From positions 11,092-75,091 of the forward strand of contig NW_019218013.1 in the NCBI RefSeq assembly GCF_002571385.2: a stretch of 64,000 nucleotides of DNA, read 5' to 3'. A program made the position numbers and the translations under genes. The notes beneath the pieces are model-generated. The model made no database searches. It was not told where the DNA came from and saw nothing but the letters and a program-made list of their open reading frames with translations. The DNA comes from Stylophora pistillata (lineage: Eukaryota). Position 1 is the first letter of the stretch, and each line of letters begins with the position of its first letter. Shown here piece by piece: positions 24,301 through 36,400 of this stretch.

Positions 24301-27300
24301 ATTCGTCTACAACTACAGAGCCCATCGTTGAAATAAAAGTTAGCATCAAGTTTGCCGTCGTGCCTTGGTTTAAGGGAACACCAAAGCCAATGATTTGCAT
24401 CAGGAGGGAACGCAGCAGTCCCGAGGAGGCTCCCTTGCAGGTAAGAAAACAAAATCACTCTGTTAAACTTATAAATCTTATTACGCAAATAATAAATGAT
24501 TAGATCATGAAAAGATTATACACAAAACTGCTTATTTATTGATTTTCTTTGTATTCATGTATGCATTTATCCATTTCGTATTTCTATTTAAGTGGTCGCT
24601 TGCTATGGGCCTAGCCACACCGCCTGATCCTTCAGTAATTTACAACAGCTTAAGATATGATGACAACACTGATGTGGTAACTTTCCATCTACGCGAAGAA
24701 GACTGGAATGAGCATGAAATTTCCTCCACGATGTGGATATCATCCATAGAATTAATACCTGCCGTCATCAATTGTGAACCAGTGAGGCTAGGAGAAGAGA
24801 CTGTGCAGAGTGTTGAACGGATTGATCCTGTCGAAAAATTTGGTCTGTTTGCAAGACAGACTTTCACCGTGGTTGAGTCCAACGAGAAATGCCAACTACT
24901 AAAGGTAAAGGGTGTATTGTATGTTGTTAACTTTAAGTTATCATTGTTTTGACTTGATACACATGGGATGCTCATTTGCCCCACAGCCAAGCACAATGAG
25001 GTCCCAGACTTGGTGCATCTTTTTGAGGCCAGTTCTGTAATAATAGTGGAAGGATTTTGGACACAAGGACAAGAACTGGAATACAAAATGGCACTTTAGG
25101 TCCAATTTCGTTATCGTGGCGAAGAACAAAACAGTATAGTAAATAAGCACATGAATCATAAAATGACGCGTTAAACCAGTCGCAAATTTCGTCGACGTGC
25201 AATGAAAACTGGTATTATAAAGGTAGATAACAACTGAAACGTCTCGATATGCATTCGAAGTGATGACATCGCCAAGACCATGGACCCTGTAATCATATAC
25301 GTTTCATCTAGTCATTGTTGCCGTTTTTCCCCTTTTTTGATAGGTAATGAAAGTGGCGGAGAGCATACACTCTTATTCTGCAGAGCTTGAGGTACTAGAC
25401 TCCACCATGTGCAAAGCGAAGGCAATGAAGATCAGCCAGCCAGCTAAGTCTCCTACAGGAGTCCAAATAGACTTTGAGGGGGCCAGAGGGTGGGTAGCGC
25501 ACTCTTGGGATGTGCAAAAACTTCAGCAGTGATCATTAAGCACCACTACGTGATGATTATAACGATGTTATGAGCCTCGCAAAATCTTCGCTGGAAAATT
25601 TAAGTTTTTGATTGATTAAAAAAGAGATACCATTGACTTTAAATTATTAATGGTTAAAAGAAAACTCCAAGTGATCTTCTCATTTGCAAGAGAAGTCACA
25701 AGCTGTCCACAGTTATCAAAATATTATTTTCATAATACTTTCAATTTCAATTATATTTGCCCAGGAAAAAATGTCCTGTGTCATCTCATCAGCATTTGAG
25801 GACTGTGCTCTTTTTGTTACAAGTTAATTTATCTCCTTTCTTTTTCTGACATCCTTACAGCGACCCACTCAGCATGCATTTTTCATGCTTTGTCAATATT
25901 GACTCATCCAAGTTCCAAATCTCACGCAAAGTCGGGAAAATATTCTGCAACATTTCCAAACGAAACGATGGAACAGTGGGAGAACTTGTAATACAAAACT
26001 TAGCTCCACTGCCTTTTCATGCAATGCCAGAGTGGGATAGTAGACTTACCGATATAAGGTATGTTTAAAATGGAATCAGCGAGGGATTTTTTATAAGAAA
26101 ACAAAACTAAAGTATAACTATGGTACATTTAGTGATTCTGGATAGGTTTAAGGGAAAAAATCAATAAGTAGGATCTTTAATCAATAGACCGCACTTTCTC
26201 TCTGTTCACCGACGTCATAACCTATGAAAGACGTTGGGATAAAGCTCGAGAAGTTTGTAAATCACGAGCCGGATTAACCCTTTTGCTAACCACAGGACAG
26301 GTTTATATCTGTGATGGTACCTTTATTTAATACTAAAGAAACGGTAACTGTCAGCGATTTCCTCTTGTAACATTTCTTCCTAAGATATTTATACAATAAT
26401 GTTCTAATATATTAACTTTTGTTTCTTATTGTTTTCGCTGTTCTAGAATGCTCTGCAGAATGTTTCGCACTAAACTTGATCTGGAACTGAAATCACGAAA
26501 AGAAAGTGGTCCGCCATTTTTTAACCTCAGGGAATCCATTACAAACATTATTCATCAACATGTGAAGGAGCCTGAGGTAAATCTGCAGGAAACACTTATT
26601 TTTTTACATGTTTTTTTAATGCATACATTTAAAAATCGAGGAGTGTTTCACGTCCTCCGTCGTCAGCATATTGGATAATCTCGCAGAGTAATCAACAATT
26701 TAGTACCGAAAGTAGTCGGAGATTGCATTTGTTTTCCTTAACTTCGCTCATGCTGTGATTTGAACAGAAAAAATCGGGCCACTCTCTCAACAAACCAGAT
26801 GCAACTAAAACCAATCGCGACTTAATCGGTGGTTGCACTTTGGGCGGTTGACTTGGTTTTTGTTTAAGTTCTTTGTTCTTTGTGATAACGGTGGTTTTGG
26901 CATTACAACCTAGAATCGAAAAGCGCTCTATCTAGCTATAGTTAGGCGAGTGCTTTAAGCTTTCATCGATCTATGGCTATACTTTTGATACCTTGGAAGG
27001 GCGAAAGTCTGATAAGTTTGGAAGCTCTTTCTCCAGTCAGTAAGTAGCCAGGGATTTTGGAGTTTGGAATGAGATATTTTCCACCAAACGTGGTTTTAGG
27101 TCATGAAAAGATACTTGTCGCCGCCGGTTCCACTTGGGAATATTCTTTAATCTCTTTGTCATTTTGTTATGATTTTGTTGGTCACATGGCCGTGGAATTG
27201 TTGCATCCGAAAAAAGCGAGCGTTTGACGGTCAAGAATAATTTTTTTTATGCCGTTTGTTCACTGAGTGAAAAATTGTGATATTTGTTATGGTGTGACAT

Positions 27301-28360
27301 TGAACTTTTTGCCTGTTTATGGTGGTTGAGCCTTTGAGTTGTGAGGTTTGGAAGTCTGCCTCGTGAAAAACGAAGGCAGAGTAGACAAATATTTTAATTG
27401 TTGATGAACTAAAGGGCTCATTCTCGATAGCCACAATCATCGTATATGTACTGGGGAACTGTTGCTCCAATTGTATGTGAGTTCATTTTAAATAAAACTC
27501 TAATGATGGCGCGTTTTTCGTTGGACGCCAAAGATTCCCAAGGTACATTATGTTGACGAACGAGGAATCATAGAAGAACCATATGACTCAGTGGAAGACA
27601 TGCTGAAGAAGAAGGGCTTCGTTATCAAAGTGGAAAAACTGTTCAAGTGGAAGAATTTGCCTGTGGCTAAGGTCATTTTCTGCGATTGTCAGCGGTTTGC
27701 GGAATTGATTCGCAAGAATCCGGGAAATACTCTACTAGTGGAAGAATACCACCACCGAATTTTTCTTCATAAAGTCAACAGATTTGTAGCTGACCGAGAG
27801 GTAAGGGGTAATTGATGTTGACGGAACAATTTCTGCGAGATATTGCGTCGCTCCTGTCTTCTGCTGTTTCTTCCATTTCATTTATAAGGTGAAAAAGGAA
27901 GGATATGGCCAACGGTTGTTTCGAATTCAAATGGATGAGAACAATAATAATAGCATTAATAATGATAATAATGCTAACAATAATAACAACGATGCTACTA
28001 ATGATAGCAATTGAAATGACAATGGTAATGATGATATTACAATGGTAACAGTTATGGTAACAATATAAAGATAATTATGATAATTATGATAATACTAAAG
28101 AATTGCAATTAAGCTAAAAAGTGTTTTTGCTTACTCATTGTTTAGTTGAAACAGCCATGAAATGGATTCTGTTATGCCCAATTTTTTCACAGGAGAAGGT
28201 CTTATTCCGTAAAATGATATACACAAATGCAGTCCGAGTTCCTCAAGATGATGGCTATGTTGTGTGGAAGAACTCTTACATTATCCCGTTGTTTCCACGA
28301 GAAAGCACCAAAAGTCTCGCTCGTAAGTTAACTAATGAGAGAAGGCGATTCTTTTTGTGA
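18316..28360 (+). CDS. DUF4470-domain protein, copy B, ~982 aa. Exons 18316-19166, 19786-19894, 20730-20875, 21888-22043, 22551-22633, 22929-23084, 23688-23792, 24319-24440, 24593-24904, 25344-25489, 25861-26058, 26447-26576, 27534-27800, 28193-28360 (may instead splice at 28322 to 28813-28911 and beyond)
   Basis: DUF4470 motifs YAMGNTPA, LLLACGDVRSFLYS, LNDYDPSVIARN, FDVIDTSNLSDHIGLLNVL; 14 GT-AG exons sum to 2949 nt with no internal stop; exons 3-13 conserved in copy A. Confidence 0.82.
27945..28095. repeat. Degenerate (AAT/GAT)n low-complexity tract
   Basis: Directly visible trinucleotide-like repeats. Confidence 0.8.
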
Positions 28361-29441
28361 TAGGTTGAGTTCGTTCTACCTCGCAAGAAGTAAGGCAGCA
28401 AACATCGTAGGCGTTCTCTGCATAACTTCTTCTTGGTAACCGACATTGCAGGGCACCCGATACGCTGCAGCTTTTTATTTCGGGTTTTTCAAAACTAAAA
28501 AAAGGATTTAATGGTGGGAACAAAATATGTTGAGGATGCAATTACTGAGTGACATAGCATTATAAAGATAGGAGGATTGAGCTAAACACATATGAGTGGA
28601 TAGCAGCAGTACACGCTTGTCAAAAGTGACAAGGTAGCTGGGGATAAGTCGTCTTGAGCGCACCTACCCCAAAATTGATCGCCTAACATTAATTCATAGG
28701 TGATTACTTTTCTTCTTTAATAACACATCTATACCTTGATATATACCTTAATAACACATCTATACCTTGATCCACAGAAAAAGAATATTGTTAATTTTTT
28801 TTTCTGCTATAGCAGCCCTTGGGAAAAGAAAACATGGTATGAAAAGTCCTCTATTCAGCGCTCTTACTTCTGCAAAACCTGGCCATATGGATGCATCCTC
28901 TTTGTCACGAGGTAGATCTGCCCCCTCTCTCGNNNNNNNNNNNNNNNNNNNNNNNNNNNNNNNNNNNNNNNNNNNNNNNNNNNNNNNNNNNNNNNNNNNN
29001 NNNNNNNNNNNNNNNNNNNNNNNNNNNNNNNNNNNNNNNNNNNNNNNNNNNNNNNNNNNNNNNNNNNNNNNNNNNNNNNNNNNNNNNNNNNNNNNNNNNN
29101 NNNNNNNNNNNNNNNNNNNNNNNNNNNNNNNNNNNNNNNNNNNNNNNNNNNNNNNNNNNNNNNNNNNNNNNNNNNNNNNNNNNNNNNNNNNNNNNNNNNN
29201 NNNNNNNNNNNNNNNNNNNNNNNNNNNNNNNNNNNNNNNNNNNNNNNNNNNNNNNNNNNNNNNNNNNNNNNNNNNNNNNNNNNNNNNNNNNNNNNNNNNN
29301 NNNNNNNNNNNNNNNNNNNNNNNNNNNNNNNNNNNNNNNNNNNNNNNNNNNNNNNNNNNNNNNNNNNNNNNNNNNNNNNNNNNNNNTGCTCGATTGGTGT
29401 GAAGATTTTTCAGCAGCTGGGTAAGTATGAAATTTCCCGAC

Positions 29442-29734
29442 AGAGCAACTGTCGATTGAGTGTCCAAAGTAATCCGGGACTTTTTTGGTTTTACAATACT
29501 TCGCTATGTGATTGGTCCAGAAAACGTGCACTACTTTCTCAACCAATCAGATTCAAAACTAAAACCAATCACGACTTGGTCCATCACACGCGTTTTCCCG
29601 CGCTTCAGGCAGTTTACTTGTTTATACTTCTACTTCTCATTGGCTCCTCATACTATTTTTCTTGCTTTGATTAGCTTCTGTGACCTTCTGTGATTGCTTT
29701 GGGTTTGATTTTACCACACTATTGAAAATCGCTC
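29442..29734. mobile_element. MITE-like repeat (second copy ~26705-26930)
   Basis: Two copies share GTGATTGG..CAGAAAA..CAACCAATCAGA..AACTAAAACCAATC; degenerate inverted ends AGAGC..TC.ATTGAGTG / CAC..TTGAAAATCGCTC. Confidence 0.55.
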
Positions 29735-30454
29735 AAAACTATAAGGATGGTAAAGTTATCTACTATGTCTTTGAAATCAAACGTGATTGTGTTCTTCAGC
29801 TAGTGTAGTATACCACACTATAAGATATTCAAGATGTCTTTTCTGTGCAACGTTTCCAAAGGGCTTAAATCATTTTTCTTTCTGTGTGATTTCATAACTA
29901 ATAAAATCAAAATTGAAGCAGTAATAGTATTTGCATAACTATAAAATGTCCTTGAGAGCTACAACCAGTGTTAAAATTAGTGGACACATCATGTTTGAAT
30001 AGTTCTATTCATGTGCAGAATAACGCACCTGTTTATACCACACTTTAAATTATTGACAAGAACCCCCCCCCCCATTCATTGTTGCCTGTATGTAGCTAAA
30101 GATTCATGGAACCGCTATACAACTTTGTTTTGTATGGGGGCAGGGGAGCGAATAACTTAACTTAACAAGGACAAAAGAGATAAACTTGAAGTAAGACGGG
30201 ATTGAAAAGGTGGATGCGTCAACAATAATGTCGCTGCCTGTAGGTGGTGGGAGGAAGAACACAACATCTCAGTACAATATTATAAAATAAATCTGTATTT
30301 CATAGATAAATATCTGACAATAATCTTTGCGTTTCAATGAAACTTGTTCAATAAGGTTCGTTTCAAACGGATGTGCACTATCTATAACCTATTTAAACGT
30401 TATTGTTCATTCTGCTATTCCTTACTATGTTCAAAANACCTCAAACAGACTTAC

Positions 30455-33400
30455 CTTTCAACTGAACTAAGATACGAAGTGCCATCGTATCCTCCAACCA
30501 CATAAATAAAGCCGTCCAGGACTCCTACTCCACATCCACTCCGTGGAGTACTCATTGATGCAACAGGCACCCATTCATCCTTACCAGGATCGTACCTCTC
30601 CACTGTGTCATACCTATGGCCGTGATCACAACCTCCGATGGCGTAAAGATACCCTCCTAGAGTAGCCACGCCTACTTGTTTTCTACAGAAAAGATAAGAG
30701 ATGTACTGTTATGTTCTCACAAGTGGCTCTTGAACATATTAGTGGAGTTATACCCGCTATAGGTCAACCAAGTGCTGCCAAAACCATGGTCTTAAAAGAA
30801 ATACCCGATAATATTGAAACGTATCTCCTGGGATGCGGCTTCGAGAATGGAGGGGGGTGAGGGGTGGGAGTCAAGGTTACGGCGAGGGGTAGATTCCAGC
30901 ATGATGTAACGATTGAAATATTGCCACTCGGCAACACTTACCAATAGCAGTGTTAATTATACCGTAAAAAGGTTCCTTACTCTTTAATCATAAAACCCTC
31001 ACAGTGAGTGAGCTTACAGAGCAATGCTCTAATGTGGTATTGTTCGTCGCGCTCTTAGGGGATTAAAAGGGTTGCCGTGATAAAAAAAATTGTCTGCTTC
31101 ATAAGTGAACTCATCAAATTACTTCCATGCATTTTTTTTAATTAATTGCGGCATGATACGGTGACTAGTTTTGATGAAGAAACCAACAAGGTCGACTCAT
31201 CAATAAGAAGGCCATTGAGGTAAAATCTTTTAACCTGTCTCCATTACTTATGCGAAATTCAGTTTGCAAACGAACCGTTGGACGAGTTAAAACTCGATTC
31301 AATACGTCATATTTGTTCCCGGGCGAACTATTCTGTATTTTGTTTAATGAACACCGTTTTATAAAGTGTGCTGAACCAAGTTATCAAACCCACCTTGCTG
31401 TGCTCATGGAAGCGACGATTGTCCATGTGTTCGTGACTGGATCATATCTTTCCACAGTTCTAAGATTTGTTCCATCTGAGCCTCCAACAGCATACACTAC
31501 ATCATTCATCACAGCACACCCCACACCAAACCGACACTGGTTCATACGAGCAATCTCCATCCACTTTCCATTCTTGGGGTCATAGTATTCGGCTGTGTTC
31601 AGCGGCATCGAGCCATCAAAACCACCTGAAAAAGCAGGAAAATGGACAAATTTCATGATGTGCGAGAGTTTCATAAGATACTTACAATCTTGGAAGGAAG
31701 GAAGGTAGTTACAGGCTTGGGAAAACAAGTATCTGATGACAAAAAAAAAAACTGAAAAACAGCGACGGCACTTCCCTAGAGACAACTTCCAAGCCTACAA
31801 GCTCAATAGTTCAACTGGTCAGATTATCTTGTTTGGATGGCATTGCGACTCCTCCCCTGAATGGAGTAGCAGTTCAAAGCAAGTTACCCCCCGACATTTT
31901 ATCCGGTTTCACTGAAAGTTGGCTGGTATCGACCTTTGCTGACACCAGCAGGTGGAGAGAGGTACTCTAACAGGAAAGCGTCTTGCACTGACTAGGCCAT
32001 CACTCGAGCAGTCACCTTTTGACCCGATGCCCAGCGCATTGATCATGAGATCACTGCTTTTCCCACCTTTCCAATGGACGCAAACGATTGCACGAAGCAA
32101 GCAACAGTTAACAAGATTCTTATCATATTCATATGGTGTACAGGTACCGTCTGTGTTACTATAGAATAGTCTCTTAGTTATTTCACTTTATCAATCAGGG
32201 CCCAGTTGTTCAAAGGACGGATAAAACTATCATAAGGATAAATCGCTATCCAACGGATAAATGTTAATTAAACGCATTGCGCTATCTGCCGGTGTGTGGA
32301 CTCCTACTCCTTCTATAAAACTCACCTATAGCGTAAATTCTCCCATTTCCTGCCGTTACCCCAACACCATTACGACTCGACGACATGGGGACAGACGGTA
32401 CCCAGACATTAGAAAACGGATCGAACCTTTCCACAGTCTCCAGCCGCGATGCATCATCGCTACCACCACAGATGTAAAGAAATGGACCCAAAGCACCTAC
32501 CGCAGCACCCCAGCGGCAAATGTTCATGTCACCTAAGAGAGGAAGATCAGGGAAATACATGTTGAGCTTTGCAAACTGACGAGGTTTTTATAGAATTCTT
32601 GACCTATCACCATACAGCTACCTTCTATTAGAAAGAAACTACAAAATGTTAATTCACTGCGTTTAATAACAACGCGACATCCTGTTTTATTTTTGAATAA
32701 ATGGATAAACAAAGAAAGAAAAGACAAACAGACAGAAAGGTAGGGAGGAAGAAAGAGACAAAGAAATAGGAATTTACCGATAGTTTTCCATTTTCTCTCT
32801 CGTGGGTCATACTTCTCCCCACTTTTACTGGCCTCCCTACGACTCATTCCGCCAATAGCATACAACACGTGGTTTACTGTGGTAGGTCTCCTGGGGGCAA
32901 CGCGATGACTGTGTACCTGTGATTTCCTTTTCGGGAGGAGAAGGCATTCGGCAGCTTCCAGCAAGAGATCGCTGTTGATCAAGGTACAAAAATCGGTTAA
33001 ATTGTCGATTCTTCTGAGTTATTCCACGTTACTGAATAGCGCTTGCTTATTACGCATAATTGTCACTCGTGAGTAGCGCGCTAGTGGGGCAAATCCGATT
33101 ACATTTTCTATTAAACGAGTCCGGCGACCCAATTGTGTTAGTCATTTCGCCTTTTTTTCGGGCGAACTCGGTTTTCCGATGGGCAGAAATTATCCATTAG
33201 CTTAACTCTCTCGCGAATCCTGCGCTCTATTTTTACAGACACAGAAGTTACAGGAAGGCTGTAATTGACCTATTAAAGTTCGGAAAACCTCGGGAAATTC
33301 AGTGTAATTGACCTATTAAAGTTCGGAAAACCACGGAAAATTCAGTCTTCGGTTCAAATGGGTCGTCACGCAAGAAAGACGAATGTCATGTCCGTGTATA

Positions 33401-36400
33401 AAAAGCGATAAAAATGACGTATTTCAACCCGACACTCGAACTGTCACGGTGCAGATTGAACGTGGTCCAGAAGAAAAAAAAAGAAAAACCGACCAAGAGG
33501 AAGATAAAATTAACAAGTGATGACAAAGACTTTACAAAGGCGTCTCGTCACAAGGTGACAAGATCGAAGTCTTTGGATGACACCGCGTTTGTCGCAACGA
33601 AGAACACTCGTCAACAACTGGCGCCTCAGAGAAGCAATTCAGTGCCAAATGGTTTAGCGGTTAAAATTGGCTCTCGCAAGAAATCTNNNNNNNNNNNGGG
33701 GAGGGAGATCCCCTGTAGCAACGATCAAGACTTAAATGTTCTCGAATTACTCAGTAAAAACACCCCAAGTTCCTCGTGAGTTACAAGGTCACTCATGACT
33801 CATTTAAATTTCACGATAATTGTTCGGAAATACAAACTGAACTTGTTCTAAGATTTTCTTCAAAACTCTATCTGTTGTTTCTCGTGGTAGCTTTTGTTGG
33901 CAGGGAGGGAGGGGTGGATGCCTTTTGTCAATGTGCGCCTGTAAATTACGCATAAAATGATATGTAAGAGAGTAAAGAGTAAGGTTCGTTCAAAGAAGGA
34001 GATGTAAAATGTAATTTTACTGTGACGAGTTCGTTATTATCTGCTGGGAGCATACGAAGTGATAATTAATCAAGACAAAAGCATATCATTACATGTATTT
34101 CATCCACCCAAAAAAACCTTTTTTGCTCTCTAAAAGATCTAAAAGCTAAGGTTGGACTCCTAGTAAAGCACTCGTCTGACAGATGTTTGCGTCATACTAT
34201 TGTAGTTAAAAAGCTGGATCTTACCTGCAAGTTCTCTCGTTTCTAACAATTTCCTCAGTTGCAACTCGATCCATTAAGAACTCCGGAGACAGCATAGGAA
34301 ACCGCACATTGCTCAGGATTTCAGCGGCAAATTTCTGTGAAAACAAAAAAAAAAAAAAGGATAAAGGAAAATCCCCTTACTGATTGTTACAACGTAGATG
34401 TATTGATTCATGTTATGTTTTTGATACTCATATCTATACTCTCTGGACGTGTAAACTAAAGCAAATTTAATTTGAATTGAATTGGATTAAAGTATTTGCA
34501 TGTTGGAAAATAAAATATTACTCTTCGACTGTGTCATAAAGCTAAACCAAAGAAATCACAACTGCAAGTCAAAAATAAATCTCAATAAGCAAACAAAAAT
34601 TGGATGTAAAAAGGAGCAAACTGCCTACAGCGAATCAAACTGCAAATGTCCAAGTTACGATTGCTTCTAATTTTAATACTGTTGCATTCAACAGCATGTA
34701 AAGAACTTTGTCCTTCGCTACTGTTTTTCGTGCCAGAATTAAATCGTTTCCTCAAAACTGCGGATCGAGATCCTCGAAACGTTCCTCGGACGCCCCGATT
34801 CTCGATCCCCGATTCTCGAAAGTTTCCAGGATCGAGCTTCGAGTCACGACTGTCAACTGTTGAGCGGCACTGTAATAACATAAAGGGCTGTGGTCTAACA
34901 GCACCCAGTGGCCCCGGGCGCCTTACTTTTGCTCTTGGGCGACTCAGAAATCTTAGTTTTTTTTATAAAAAGCATATGCTGGGCACCCTGGATTTCACAG
35001 TTTCTGGGCTGCCTTCGATTTTTCTTAGAGCACAGCCATGTCATAAATACCTCATTCCTCCCCACAATATCACCCCTAAATAACACATCAAGGTCTTAAG
35101 ACTACAGAAAATGATCACTAACTAAAGAAGCTCTTGATTGTGAAACAAATTCTCCCTGACTGTGTCAGTACCTTCGGAAATGTATAGAGAACAGTATGGA
35201 GAATATGCATACTGATGTTAGGGTGCTACAGTTCACAAAAGTTACCAGGCTACCTAAACCTAAAGCAAGTCATGTACACGTACGTACCTGTCTCCCATCC
35301 ACATCAAACTTGATCCAAGCTAATACAGCCTCAAAGACTCTTTCTTCAGACTGAGTGTTCAAGTCATCATCACGCAAAAGTCGTGTCAGCTGCCTGGAGG
35401 ATATTTCCATGAACTCCTCACTCTGAACAACATCAAGAAAGTGATATCGGGCAAATGATTCCGAGGACGTCACCAAATCTGTACAATTATGACGATCCGC
35501 AAAGGCACTGATCCCTAAGAACCAACAACAAAGTTATCATTGGTGTGATTACCTTCCTCTGATTGCGTTCATACCTCTAAACTTTAACCCTTTAACTCCC
35601 AGAAGTGATTAACAAGTAACTTCTCCCCATAAGATCCATACAATATCCAGCGAACAGGTAATGAGAATACCTAAACTTATCAGGTACAAGTTGTTATCTT
35701 GATCTAACATCAGATTCTCTTAACTCACTTACAAGGAAATGTGTAGCAATTAGAGGGGAGAATTAACAATTAGATCTTGGGTATTGAAGAGTTAACGCCT
35801 GAGGGTAAGACGCATTTGATCTCTTCCAACAGTATCACCCCTGAATCATACATCAAAAGGTAAAGAGAGAGTGAGGGAAATCATTGAAAAATCAAGGAAC
35901 TCTTGATTGTTCAACAGATTCTCTTTATAGGTACCATGAGAAATGCAAAGAGAACAGTGTGGAGACAATACTGCTTATGATTGCAGGGGTTTCATTCACG
36001 TTTTCAGCAGGAGGGCAACTGGTTTTCATAGGCGGGCAAACCTTTTTGAATCAGTGAACTTCATTATAAGATAAACTTCCCTCCTGATTGTCAAACCTGG
36101 TGGGCAAAATCATCCCCACAACTGGTCAATTTGCCTGGTGCCCAGGCCCTTAATGAAACCCCTGCAATTGATGTTAAAGTGTAAAGGGTTAACTCCTCTC
36201 TTAACAGATCTGTCTTTAAGACACAGTGATCTTCATGTGGTTGGTGCACCAAACTCTGAATTGAGAGACTCAGCCATGTAGACAATCTAGATCCTCTACT
36301 TACAATGCATGTACGTCCACACCAATTCTTCTGTGGTTAGCCGTGAGAGACAATGTGACATGTTACAGTGTACTTTGAAAGGCTATATGCAAATCTCAAC

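Noticed and set aside
28760-29546. Long ORFs of 177-235 aa
   Set aside because: Artefacts of translating through the N gap.
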